64,000 nt of DNA from Octopus sinensis (lineage: Eukaryota). This document shows positions 41,150-54,330 of the stretch, in pieces. The notes below the pieces were generated by a model. It did not search any database. It was not told the origin of the DNA and saw only the letters and a program-made list of their open reading frames with translations. The position numbers and the translations under genes were made by a program. The stretch is taken from contig NC_042998.1 in the NCBI RefSeq assembly GCF_006345805.1, positions 151,094,001-151,158,000 of the forward strand, written 5' to 3'. Within the stretch, counting starts at the first letter, position 1. The number at the start of each line of letters is the position of its first letter.

Positions 41150-43558
41150 TTGTATACCAAGTCCCTCCGAAATTTATTAAACAACCACAACGGTAATAAC
41201 ACTCTACACTCCGTCTTCTATAACCCTAACAACAAATGACATGACGAGGATCTATCCCACACACTTACCCTTAAACTAAAGGGTATGTATCCCACCCCAA
41301 ATTGACAGTGAAACAGAAGAAAAGATCTCCTTAGCTAGAAATAGACTCTGACACATCTTAGATCAATACAACAAATCCAATAAAAAACATAGTGAGGAGG
41401 GGTCCCACCAACTCAGCTCATCTGTGGACAAAGGCCTACAAAAGCTAAAACAGCGAATTAGGAACAAAGAATTAGTGTGCCTCTCTACGGACAAGTCTGG
41501 TAGACTATCAATAGATAGCCCACAGAACTATGTCCAGACCATGCAACAACACATCAGTAGCATGAGAGAAGTTGCACTACAAGAACATGAAAGAGTAGAA
41601 AAACTCCTCAATGCACACATGGGAATGTGGTGCAACATACTCCAACCTACAAAAAGGACGGCACACAATTTCCAGGCATCCAACAATGATGTTCCTACAC
41701 TATACGGGTTACGCAAAGACCACAAACCCTACATAAACCCTGTCGCAGGGCCCCCAACCAGACCAGTTTGCGGAGCGAACATCTCCAGCAACTATAGACT
41801 GTCCTACTTCTTCTCGCAAGTATTGCGACCTCTCATAGAGATGTCTCCGGATGTCTGTATAAGTACGGAAGATCTCCTCAGTAAAATCAGTACTTGCAAC
41901 CACACCAACGACCTCACAGGTTGTATAGTGGGTAGTATGGATGTAATTTCACTCTACCCATCTATGGACATTTTGCTGTGGAGAAATGTATTCAAGCAAT
42001 CTGTGAAAGTGAAGTAGAATTCCGTAAGGTCAACACCAGGGAACTGGGTCTCCTCCTCAGACTATGCTATGACAATAACTATTTAGATGACCATGACCTT
42101 AGTAAATTCTGCCCCACCAGGTCACAGAGAGGTAAACCACCCACCAGCACTTCAGCGGTGAAGAAAAGCACCACAAAGCGCTGGAGTGGCTAGACCGCAC
42201 CCACCCAAAACCTTGAGAACAACAATCAGGTGAGGGAAATGATTGCATATGCAATAGGGGCCAGCGTAAAAACCACCTTGAAGAACCACATAGTAAAGTT
42301 TAATAAAAAAAAACTTTACATGCAGGTTCAAGGAGCAGCCATTGGTGTCGGTATAGCTGGAGATGTGACTGGCCTCTTCATGACATGGTGGGACATAAAA
42401 TTTAAACAAATGTTAGCAGAACAGTCCATAACTCTTCTACTCTACAGTAGATATGTAGATGACATTAATATAATAGTTAGAACCAACTCTAGTGACGGTA
42501 ATGTAGAGACTGAGAAGAACGTAATGGAGAGCATCCAGCAAATAGCTAACTCCATTCACCAAAGTATCAAGGTTACTATAGATTACCCCACTAAGAACCC
42601 TAACAATAGACTCCCTGTACTTGATACTGAACTTTGGTTAGAGACTGTGAACAATAGAGTGCAGCTCCTCCACTCTTATTACATGAAACCTGTAACTTCA
42701 AAATATGTTGTTCACAAGAACTCAGCTTTGTCACACTACAGGAAAATTAGCATACTAATAGCAGACCTAGTTAGAATAATGAACAACGTGTCCCCACTAT
42801 GTGAACCCTATGAAATGAAGAAACATATACAGAACTTCATACACCGCATTCAGTTCTCTGGATATGATTAGAAAGATAGGGTTCGTGAATACAGGGGGGC
42901 TAGAGAGAAATTAGATAACATTATACGTAATGATACCAGTGGTACCTGCCCTAGATATAGAAACAAAGAATGGAATAGAATACAAAGAACTTGTGACAAA
43001 GCAAACAGGGCGAACACGTGGTATAAAACCGACAAATATCAAGGAGTGATGTTTGTAGAGGCCACAACCCATGGAGAACTAGCCCGTAGATTTAGAAAAG
43101 CTCTGAAGGAGACCAAACTCAATATTAAAATTGTTGAAAAGCCAGGGAACTCCGTCAGATCACAACTATGTAGGACGTACCCGTTTAAGAATACCATATG
43201 CACCAATGATAACTGCATGGTATGCAGAATTAGCCCTGGTATTAACTGTAGAACTCGAAATGTAGTTTACAGCATAAGATGCATAGAAGGTGCTTGTAAG
43301 GACATGAACATGATGTACATAGAGGAGACGTCTAGGAGCATTGCGGAACGGATAAATGAACATCTAAGACAATATGACGACAGAAAACAGTCCTCCATAC
43401 TCTACTAACATGCCAAAGACCACCATGGAGGTGACTTGGGTCAACTTGACATCCGCATCTTATCCATGCACCCAAAAGACCCAACACTCAGACAAACACG
43501 GGAGTACGTCCTTATAAATGAAACCTCCCCAATATTAAATAGGAAATATACACAATAA
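41150..43558 (+). pseudogene. Penelope-like element RT plus GIY-YIG endonuclease (Cys-rich linker, Neptune-like), disrupted
   Basis: TDKSG, PPTRPVC, SMDVISLYPS, QGAAIG, RYVDD, LPVLD; CTNDNCMVC linker; NVVYSIRC..YIEETSRSIAERINEH. Several stops and frameshifts. Confidence 0.9.
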
Positions 43559-44097
43559 ATACCATACCACCATAGCCACAATTTACACAGGTAGAGTAGA
43601 ATAGTTAGTGGACTGTCAGGTAGATAAATGTATGTATGTATGTGGGTGTGAGTGTGTATGTATGCCTTCTTTTAAATATTAAAAAAAATAAATTTATATT
43701 TAAAAAATATTTTTTATATTTTTAAAATATTTTAAAATATTTAAAAATGTTTTTAAATATTGTATTATTATTTTTTATTTTTTATTTCTGTATGTAAACA
43801 TTTAGATATGTAAATAAACAGATCAATATACAGAGGGATAGGTATATAGACTATATGATCAGACACATATGGAGACATGGATCCACACATATAAAGATGC
43901 ACATCCATACATACAAACATGGTACATAGTTACATAACACACACACACAAGGAGACAGAGGTGCATACATATACAAACACATGGTCACACACACATACAT
44001 AGAAAATACTCAATCACGGACAGGCAAGCACATAAATATACAGGATACGTACATACAGATGCACACACATTCATACATACATACATACATACATACA

Positions 44098-44128
<31 letters not shown>

Positions 44129-44470
44129 GCATACACACACATATACACATACATACAAATACACACACATACATACCTACATGCATGCATGTATAGGCAC
44201 ATACACATACTGACCCACTGACCTACACACATGCACACAAACAAACAAAAGGGAACGCAGTGTAAATAACGGACAGAGTCAAGACTATTGAAAAGGTTGC
44301 AAGACGCAACGAAAATTTTAGAAAATAAAAATAAGAAATAAGTGGAAATTTTACCGGTGAGTGTGTTAAATAATAAGGCACTAAAAGAGAATGACTCTCC
44401 CCAGACATAGCAGAATATGCTTCAACACACGAACTCATATAAAGAATCTTGCAAACCAAATCCCAAAACG

Positions 44471-44552
<82 letters not shown>

Positions 44553-44739
44553 TATATATATATAAGTTCAGTAAAATTAAATTCAGTTGGAATATGGTAC
44601 TTAAGTTAAAGGCACTAGAATTCAGTATGGTATTATCCATATAGTTCAAAATGGTGTAATATTTGTATTGTTCAATTAAATGGAGTCGCATGAAACGGTC
44701 GTACTGCATTATCTCTGGATATCCTTGTTGCCTATTTTG

Positions 44740-44770
<31 letters not shown>

Positions 44771-44773
<3 letters not shown>

Positions 44774-45648
44774 CAATAATATAGGGTGAAATTAATTAAT
44801 TTAGAAATAATCATTCATTTCCCCAAGTAGAGTTCGGCAAGTAAAAGACCCATTCAAGGAAGGTTTAAGTAATACTAATTAATTAAGGGTTCAGCAACGA
44901 TTTGCCTCACCACACACAGAATTTAGAAATAGCTGTCAAAAAGTTTTGGCTATTCTTTCTACTTAAAAGGGGGATCCCAGTAAAGCCAAAGCACTTAAAA
45001 AACAAACGACGCAGGCAAAAGAGAAAGAAATGACGGAAATCATTCTATATTAAGTTACCTACGGACGTACGTTTCGGAATTAAGTCATTGTAGAGCATAA
45101 AAATTAAATAATTATGTCTTACCTGACTATTTTCTTCCTCAGCGTAGGACTCTTCAATTATAAATAATTGCGTCTCAATTATTAATAATTGTGTATTAAA
45201 TTTGAAGGCACTAAAAGACATCACCTCAACTCATGGTATCAGAGCGAGCGTAAGCCTTACCAGTACCAACGAATTCAAAGGGTGAATGAAAGTAAATCAC
45301 CTCCCCACTTCCGCCAGCGTGCTACCAAAATAAGATGCTACGGTTTTTTTTTACTGGGATGAAATACAATTATCAATAATATAGGGTGAAATTAATTAAT
45401 TTAGAAATAATCATTAATTTCACCAAGTAGAGTTCGGCATGTAAAAGACCCATTCAAGGAAGGTTTAAGTAATACTAATTAATTAAGGGTTCAGCAACGA
45501 TTTGCCTCACCACACACCGAATTTAGAAATAGCAGTCAAAAAGTTTTGGCTATTCTTTCTAGCAACGATTTGCCTCACTTTTTGACTGCTATTTCTAAAT
45601 TCGGTGTGTGGTGAGGCAAATCGTTGCTGAACCCTTAATTAATTAGTA
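44771..45648. repeat. Direct repeats (191 bp, period 600) of family P3, the second ending in a foldback
   Basis: 44771-44961 versus 45371-45561, about 5 differences; inverted arms 45473-45544 and 45577-45648. Confidence 0.88.
45058..45148 (-). ncRNA. Type I hammerhead motif, apparently intact
   Basis: Minus: CCUACG-CUGAGGA-AGAAAAUAGUCA...UGACUUAAUUCC-GAAAC-GUAC-GUC-CGUAGG. Confidence 0.85.
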
Positions 45649-45989
45649 TATATATATATATACATATTAACTCTCACGCGACTCTGCATCTTTCTTTCTT
45701 TCTATCCCATTCCCTTTTTCGTCTTTTTTCCCTCACTTAACTTGTCTCTTCCTCTCTCTCTCATTCTTCATTCTCTCTCTCCCCCTCACCTTTCTTCATG
45801 CTCTCCTCGCACCATTCCCCTTCTTCTCTCTCTTCCTCTTGCTCCTCCTCCCCCATTCCCGTCGTCCATCTGCGACGATACTTCCGTCGTAACTGCTATC
45901 CTGTCTTTTCTCGCCCGCCTTCTAAGGCTACTGGTCGACATTCTTTCTCTCTCGTCGTCCACTATAATCCAGCGTTTGCAATACTTTTT

Positions 45990-46460
45990 TCGTCTGGCGT
46001 AAACAGCCCTTCTTATCTTGTTCTCCTTGTCCTGTCTCTCACTGTTATATATTTATTTTTCCACTGTTTATATATATATTTTTTTACTGTTTATATGTTT
46101 GTACTGTCGTTACCGTCTTGCTTTTTTTACCATTTTTTACCCCTCTGCGAAAAGATCTCAGAATTTTAATTGATTTGCTTTTCGCAGGAAGGAAGTTTCT
46201 TCGAAGATACGTCTCGCTTTTATCCTTCGAAACGTAGAGTAGATGAAACCTTAGCGACTGAAGAAGGGGATTTTTCGTTGTGCTTATTGTCCTGTATCCC
46301 TTTTTTTTGCTTGTCCTGTTCCTTGGTTTGTGTCTATGTTTTTCGTCTCTCTATGTGTTCGACGTCTTTTTGGTGTCCTGTACACATATATGCGTGTATA
46401 TGTACATGTAGAGGTAGGTACGTACATATATGTTTATATATATGCATATGTTCTATTTTA
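45990..46460 (+). mobile_element. Family P1 short element
   Basis: Matches the 18.85 and 25.0 kb copies. Confidence 0.6.
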
Positions 46461-46469
46461 TTAACATAT

Positions 46470-46556
<87 letters not shown>

Positions 46557-46568
46557 TATATATATATA

Positions 46569-46950
46569 CTCTTTTATTTGTTTCAGTCATTTGACTGTGG
46601 CCATGCTGGAGCACCACCTTTAGTCGAGTAAATCGACCCCAAAACTTATTCTTTGTAAGTCTAGTACTTGTTCTATCGGTGTCTTTTGCCGAACCGCTTG
46701 GTCGCGGGGACGTAAATACACCAGCATCGGTTGTCAAGCGATGTTGGGGGACAAACACAGACACACAAACATATACACATACATACATATATATATACAT
46801 TTATACGACGGGCTTCTTTCAGTTTCCGTCTACCAAATCCACTCACAAGGCTTTGGTCGAGCCAAGGCTATAGTAGAAGACACTTGCCCAAGGTGCCACG
46901 CAGTGGGACTGAACCCGGAACCATGTTGTTCGTAAGCAAGCTACTTACCA
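46569..46950 (-). mobile_element. SINE family A
   Basis: Reverse-complement match to the other copies. Confidence 0.85.
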
Positions 46951-46952
46951 CA

Positions 46953-47001
<49 letters not shown>

Positions 47002-47548
47002 ATGTCGGATACAACCTGTTGTATGGGCGGGTTTACGGTTACAGGACCGCCCTCTCCCACCACCACTAGGCTAACCTGTTAAAGAGAGTTGCTAAGGACG
47101 CAGCAGGACTAAAAACAAGACCTCTCAAAAGGAGGGATGAACCTAGTGTAAATTCAACGACTATATTGTAATTGGGCAGGCCCTTTGATAATCTGGGTAG
47201 GTGCTCGGCAGCCTGGAAGACCTGGGAATGAGGCAACCGTCAGCTTTTATTAAAACATGTCTGTAGAAGGTCACTCTGATATAAAACCGGGTATGCAGGG
47301 AATGGCACTGGACATTTTAAGAATCTTTTACTTGCTCTTGAAATTATGGCGTACCCACAATCCTGAGCCTGCGACCTATATTGGCATTAAATATTGGACC
47401 ATGTCTCTGGAACATGTCAATAGGGTGGAGAGGGTCTATGAGGTGTCTTATAAGCTTCACTGGACCAAAAGTTTTGTACAGCCGTTGTTGACATTTTGCA
47501 TGGATAGTGGTCAGTGATTGTCTTTTTAAGTCAAGAGTGGATAACTTT

Positions 47549-47609
<61 letters not shown>

Positions 47610-48259
47610 ACACACACACACACACATTAGCAATCTTTATACCCATGGATGCTTTGTTAGAACAGCTAATAGTGCGGCTAATAGTGCAGTATTTACCTTG
47701 AGAGAACATCTCATATGGACGCATGGTGCATAAAAGCATGATGTACCACATTTTTATCATTGGCAGATGAGAATCGTCTACTAACGGCATCGTTATTAAT
47801 TATTTTTGATAATCTATTTGCGACGTCACTGCCTGAAAAGATACTGAAATTCAATGAGATTTGGCTGTTATACGGCTACCAGAAGTCTGCAACTGAAGAG
47901 ACCGGAGGGTCAAAATTGCGTAATAGGCAGTTCCAGTGCCCGTAGAAGACGATTCTTGTTTGCCGACGATATAAATACGAGTGCTTTCATGCTCAGTGCG
48001 TCCATATAAGAGGTCCTCTCAAGATGAATAATTCAGTACTTGGTGTTCTAACAAAACATCCATGCTGAGATGGATATAAAGATAGCCTTTTGGTATGAAG
48101 TTGTCGCTATTAATTAAACGCACACACACACACACACACACATACAGGAAGTTCAGACTAAATGTACTGATACGTCGTCTCCTTTCTTTCCAGAATATTG
48201 CAAAAGTGTTACCGGTATTATGATGATTCGCGCCGGGCGTCAAAATGTCGACATAATAA

Positions 48260-48470
48260 CTGCTACTCAGTGTTCTCTGCGATTTTAATCCCTGCAATAT
48301 CCGGGGCTTCTCTGCTAGGCAAAGAGCACATCTCTTTGTTCCTCTGATATACAGCTTGGACCTATCCAGAATTTGCCATTTGATGTTACATGGCATCCCT
48401 TTTCCTGTGAGGTCCCAGACTTGTTTCGCAAAGGCGGTTCTTGACCTCTTTTCTGAATGTTTAAAGGTAA
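48260..48470 (-). pseudogene. Penelope-like GIY-YIG C-terminal fragment (second PLE family)
   Basis: KHSEKRSRTAFAKQVWDL..NIKWQILDRSK..KRCALCLAEK. Confidence 0.75.
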
Positions 48471-48544
48471 TGGTAAGACAACAAAAGAAGGAAAGAGACC
48501 TCGATATTATGTAAATAGAGGAATTTATTTGTAATATAATATGG

Positions 48545-48648
48545 GACAATTATTCAGTTGCCAAGATAAAACTCGAAGAGATGCCGGTGTAGGGTTCCGC
48601 ACCGGCATCCGAAACTCGGAGTTTTATCATGGCAACCGAATAATTGTC
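48545..48648 (+). ncRNA. Hairpin element with a hammerhead-like three-way junction and non-canonical core
   Basis: About 28 bp outer stem; TCGAAGA; 10 bp stem GATGCCGGTG/CACCGGCATC; C-GAAAC-TCGGA. Second copy at 24108-24184. Confidence 0.5.
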
Positions 48649-48781
48649 ACATATATTACAAATATATATATACATATATGTATGGGTGCATGCGTGTGTG
48701 TGTATGTGTGTATGTCTGTGTGTATGGGGGTGTGCAGTCGTGTTAACATTCAGTTATATATTTACATTTATATCCTGACAG

Positions 48782-48815
<34 letters not shown>

Positions 48816-49241
48816 CACGTTTCTGTACGTGTTTGTGTATACACAAGTTTTATACGCAAATACACATACACATGTATACATACACATACACACATATATA
48901 TGAATATACACACAAACACACACACATCCAAGGCGGTTGAACTTGGCGAACTGCTCACCTATGTTTTCGTTTTATTTATGTGCCGTTTTAACATTTACAG
49001 CAAACATTTTTTTATAACTATTTTATTGACACTTCCCTTTGCTCTTACACACGTCATTCTCTCTCTCCCTCCCTCTCCCCCTCACTCTCACTCTCTTTAT
49101 CTCTCTCTCTCTCTGTTGTTTCCCCAACTCGCAGACTTTTTCTCGATTTTTCCCCCATCTCACTCTACCTCACACTTCCTCACGACGCTGAAATTATTTG
49201 TCCAACACTACTACCGTCGCCACTGCTGCTGCTGTTACTAT

Positions 49242-49298
<57 letters not shown>

Positions 49299-49324
49299 CA
49301 TGTGTGTGTATATACGTATGTATA

Positions 49325-49770
49325 GGGCGGCGAGCTGGCAGAAACGTTAGTACGCTTGGTGAAATGCTTAGCAGTACTTCGTCCGTCTTTACTTTCTGAT
49401 TTCAAATTCCGCCGAGGTCGACTTTGCCCTTCATCTTTCGGGGTCGATAAATTAGGTACCAGTTGCGTACTGTTGTCGATCTAATCGACTGGCACCCTCC
49501 CACAAAATTTCGGGCCTTGTGCCTAGAGCAGAAAAGAATATATACGTATGTATAGAGCAGCGAGCTGGCAGAATCGCTAGCATGCCGGGCGAAATGCTTA
49601 GCAGTATTTTGTCTGCCATTACGTTTTGAGTTCAAATTCCGCGGAGGTCGACTTTGCCTTTCATTTTTTCAAGGTCGATTAAATAAGTACAAGTTAAGCA
49701 CTGGGCTCGCTGTAATTCCCTTTGTCAATCCTTGTTTGACCCTCTATGTTTAGACAATGAAGAAATATGT
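49325..49770 (+). mobile_element. Two tandem SINE family B copies with different tails
   Basis: ggcggcgagctggcagaaacgttag.. at 49325-49540 and 49555-49770. Confidence 0.85.
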
Positions 49771-50032
49771 TTGTATACACACACATATATATAGGTCTGC
49801 TCAGGACTTAGTGCTTGCTTTTTCCATGGGTGTGAGTAAGTATTTCACTTATATCTCGCGTATTTGCCGCTGAAGAGGATTTTTGTTTCGCATATTTGGC
49901 ATTAGAATTTTTCTTTTGCCCTTATTTTGTAAATTATTTATAAATTTAACCTTTAAAGGTATTTTTGATATGCTGGCCATTGATGAAATTTTTTTCCCGA
50001 AAATAATTTTATCCTACATTAATTATGATATG

Positions 50033-50109
<77 letters not shown>

Positions 50110-50217
50110 ATATCCGCATATTTTGAATTCTATTTTTCGTGTTTGCACTAACATACCTGTATATCTATCTGTCTATAGATATAGATAGATAGATAGATAG
50201 ATAGATAAATAGATAAG

Positions 50218-51725
50218 TTTCTTTATTGGCCACACAGGGCTACACACAGATGGTAGATATTTTCTTTAAGGGGATGAAAAAAACAAAAAACAAAAGAAAC
50301 AAAAAAAAGGTGGCGTAGGTTTTCGATCAAAAGGGATCGTAAGAGGGAAAAAAGAACAAAGAATAAAAAAAAGAATGAAAAAAAGAAAAAGAAGGAAAAA
50401 AGAAAAGAGAAATGAAAAAAGAAGAAAAAAGGAAAGAAAAAAGGGGGGAAAAAAGGGGAAGAGGAAAAAAACAACAAAAAAACGATCAATAGGGATCGTG
50501 TATCACAGTGTTATGATGTATGGTGTAAAGGGGAAAGCAAGTAAGGTTTATCCGTGGGAAGAAAAGCCTACGAAAAAGACCACGATAACCTTGGTCAATA
50601 TTGTTATATGTTACCACATTTGTTTGCAAGTGGGTAACTCTCTGTTTTCAATTTCTGGGTTCATAGGATTATGCTCAAGGTGGCTTCGTCATTCATACGT
50701 GCCATCCTTGCTACATTCACCCATCTTTTTTTAAAACGTTCGCTAGACAAAACTTGCCTCTCTACTCTCACTTTCCTTTTCAAGTGGTACTTGAAGAAGT
50801 TGGTGAGAGATTGACCAGAGAGGAAAGTGTTTGTCTCCAATCCTTTCAGACGCATCCACCAGATACATTCTTTCGCCATAGCAACAAGGATGATGAAAAT
50901 AGCTCTTCCTTCCCGTTTGAAGGAAGGAGGCGTGACAATATTGATGATAGACTCGGTTGATAAACCGACTCGTCCCACACGTGACAGCAGTTGTTCGACA
51001 TAAGCCCACAGGTCGGAAATTGTTGGACACTGCACGAGTGCGTGCAGAACGGTTTCGTCGCTCTGACTGCATCTCGGGCAGGTCAGCCCCGTGTTTCTTG
51101 AGCCGTGTCTGTAGAGCTTATCCCGAACGGGTAGCGCTTCTCGGTAGCACAGCCAGGCCAGGGATCTCTGGAAGTTGTCCATGGGCCCTGGCCCGAAAGT
51201 CCTCCTGAACAGGTGGGTCAGGTATTCTTCGTCGACGTCCAGGTTCGCCCCGAGCTCGTCGTCGTATCTCCCCTCCACTAATCCCCTATAGAATGCTTTG
51301 GTTGTGATGGAGTCACTCAAGGTTGACCCAGGACGGCAGAGTTGCTTGAGAGCAACGCGACACTCGCGGTGCCATTCGCCCTTCCTCGGCCTCGTTTTGA
51401 TCCACGATTGCAGTTCGGTCATGGAGACGAGCTGCGGGAAAGCGTGCCTCACAAACGGCGACCACACCTGTTCACCGTCGTCTACGAAGAGCCCGAGATG
51501 TCGCAGTCTCAGCGCGTGTCTGCGCATCATCAACCACGGCATGCCCAGTCCTCCTTTTAAGGGGTGTTGACAGCAAATGGATCGCCTGACCATCGGGACG
51601 CATCCTTTCCACAAGAAGCGAAAGAGAATGCGTTCTAGTTTGGTGATGGTAGGGTCGGGACAAGGCACGACGGTCAGGCGGTAGTAGATAACGGACGCGA
51701 TGTACGTGTTCGTCGACCTTTTAGG

Positions 51726-51727
<2 letters not shown>
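50218..51727 (-). pseudogene. 5'-truncated Tx1/L1-clade LINE inside (GATA)n
   Basis: 335 aa ORF 50661-51668 (ORF2 C-terminus, CPRC..HALVQC), A-rich 3' UTR, (GATA)n on both sides. Confidence 0.92.
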
Positions 51728-51783
<56 letters not shown>

Positions 51784-51939
51784 CAGATAGATAGGTGAGG
51801 GTGCTTGGCCTAGTGGTTAAAGTATTGCACTCACATTTGCAAGATAGTGGGTTTGTTCCCTGACCGGGTATTTATATATATACAGCAACATATTGTAAGC
51901 AAACATCGGTTTTTTTTTCTTTGTATCTGGAAGTGTCGA

Positions 51940-51975
<36 letters not shown>

Positions 51976-52522
51976 GTGTGTGTGTGGCAATATAGAAAGT
52001 GAATTGGCAAAGTATTTATATCTTCCGATGGAAGGGTTTGCCGTTCGCATCTCTCGTCATTCTCAATTCGACTCACGCCAAACCAATTTCTTTTAATCCT
52101 TTCGGATGTCGAGAGGTAAACTACCAGTCTGTGCTATTATGTTCAAGGAATTGCTTTGTTGTCAGAAGAAATACCTTGTGCTATTTACTTCAGCTCTTTA
52201 CACATTGTTTCATTCCCTTCCCCTACAGAGTCACTCCTTACTACTTACACTTTAGTAATATCTGTGATACATACTTGATTCAATTTGAATTTAGCACTTT
52301 ACGAAGACTTGAATTTTGCTTGAATTAGGTGGTGTTTCTTTGAAACACGTTTATACACACATACACACACATTCTGTATATCAATCAGTTAGACTCTACA
52401 TTGTTATTGTTGGCGATGACGATTCCAGGTCAGCCAAAACCCTGCAGAAACTTGTTCCTAGCCGTTTGGCTATGATCGTTAGTTTTTCAGGAAATCTGTT
52501 TCCTAGACTACACTACCCACTG

Positions 52523-52582
52523 TATCTTTTACATGATATCGTTCACATGATATCTTTCACATGATATCTTTTACATGATATT
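52523..52582. repeat. 14 bp minisatellite, about 4 copies
   Basis: ACATGATATCTTTY at 52531, 52545, 52559 and 52573. Confidence 0.85.
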
Positions 52583-53554
52583 TTTTGAGGGATATTTGGC
52601 TGCTATTCCTAGCTGCTCGAGCAGCCAAGTCAGACTGTTTTAGAGATTCTTCGGTTACACATGATGGAATTCATATTAACAAAGCAACCAGGCAGCCAAA
52701 GAAGCATGCTATTGGGCAACTAAATAATGAAGGAAGCAACCAAGCAGTCATGCAGCCAAGCAACCTGCTCTTTGGGTCTGTCCATCTTGTCTGTCTCCCT
52801 ATCTCTCCCTTTTTCCTTCTTTGTTTCTCTGTCTGACCGTCTGTCTATCTATCTCTCACGTCCTCTTCTCATAGTCTTGTCTGTCTGTCGATCTCTCTTT
52901 CTGTCCATTTGATTGCCAAACTTTCACTGTCTATCTGCCACATACTCTTTTCTGTCTCACTCTCTCTCTCTCTCAGTTTCCTCGTCTCTCTGTCAGTCTG
53001 AATCTTTCTCTCCGTCTGTCTGTCTGTCTCTCTATTTCTCTTCTCTTTTTTTTTTCATCACTCAGTTATATCGTCAGCGACGACGATGAACATTAGAATG
53101 ATGGTGGTGGCGGTGGTGGTGGTGGTGGTGATGATGATGATGATGTGGATGATGATGATGATGGTGGTGAGGATAAGAATGGTGATAGTGGTGATGGTAG
53201 TGGTGATGATCAAAGGAGCACCTCAGACTTCACAACACGACAAAGTTCGTTTAATGGTGGCAACACCAAAGACATTCACTAACCTCCATTACGCCATACA
53301 CGCTCACACATACACACACACATGCACATATACACACACAAGTTAACACGTACATACAGAAACACACACATAGCACTCACATACAGGCACATACACAGAA
53401 ATTTACACACACACATTAACACGAATACAAGAAGCGCACAGTCACACATCTACATATCACCCCTTCTCCCTCTTTCCACTCCCTACTGCTCCTCCTAATT
53501 TCTCCTCCCACTTTTCGTCCGCCATAATCATTATCATTATCCTCCTCATCCTCC

Positions 53555-54268
53555 TTGTCCTCATTATCACAAACCCCACCGCCATCACAGTTGATGCACT
53601 CACCACCATCACCACCACTAACATCACCTCCATACCATCATCATCCCCATCATCGTTGTTGCCGTCGTCATCATCATCATCATCATCATCTCACCTCGTC
53701 CACATCGCCGCTGCTTCTTGCTGCTGTCACCATCACCAACATCACCACCTCTACAATCGTTATTACTATAGAAATTATCAGCAATATCCTACACTCTTCC
53801 TTCATTATTTTACTCCCCACCTTCCCACTCCTCCTCCTCCTTCCCACTCCTCCTCCTCCTTCCCACTCCTCCTCCTCCTCCTCTTCATCATCATCAACAT
53901 CATCAACATCACTATTTCAGCTCATCTTCATTTTGCCCCTCCCTTCACGTGCAACCACCCCCCTCCATATTTTTCCCTTCCGCTTCATTCATCGCCTCCT
54001 ACTTCCAGAACCTGTTCATAAACATCACCACCTTAACATTACTACCAGCATTTCTACAATCTTCTTCTTCTTCTTCTTCTTCTTCTTCTTCTTCTTCTTC
54101 TTCTTCTTCTTCTTCGTTTTCTTCTTCTTCGTTTTCTTCTTCGTTTTCTTCTTCGTTTTCTTCTTCTTCTTCTTCGTCTTCTTCGTCTTCTTCGTCTTCT
54201 TCGTCTTCTTCTTCTTCTTCTTCTTCTTCTTCTACCACCACCACCACCACCACCACCACCACCACCAC

Positions 54269-54311
<43 letters not shown>

Positions 54312-54330
54312 TACTACTACTACTACTACC
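53555..54330. repeat. Compound trinucleotide low-complexity block (CAT, CCT, TTC, CAC, TAC)
   Basis: Direct reading. Confidence 0.9.

Noticed and set aside
45234-45245. TGGTATCAGAGC preceded by CA, resembling a tRNA-iMet primer-binding site
   Set aside because: It is the plant/fungal-type PBS, and there is no LTR pair or gag nearby, so it is probably chance.
49866-49900. GCCG-CUGAAGA-hairpin-GCAUAUU-UGGC hammerhead-like scaffold
   Set aside because: It lacks GAAA; at most a heavily decayed motif.
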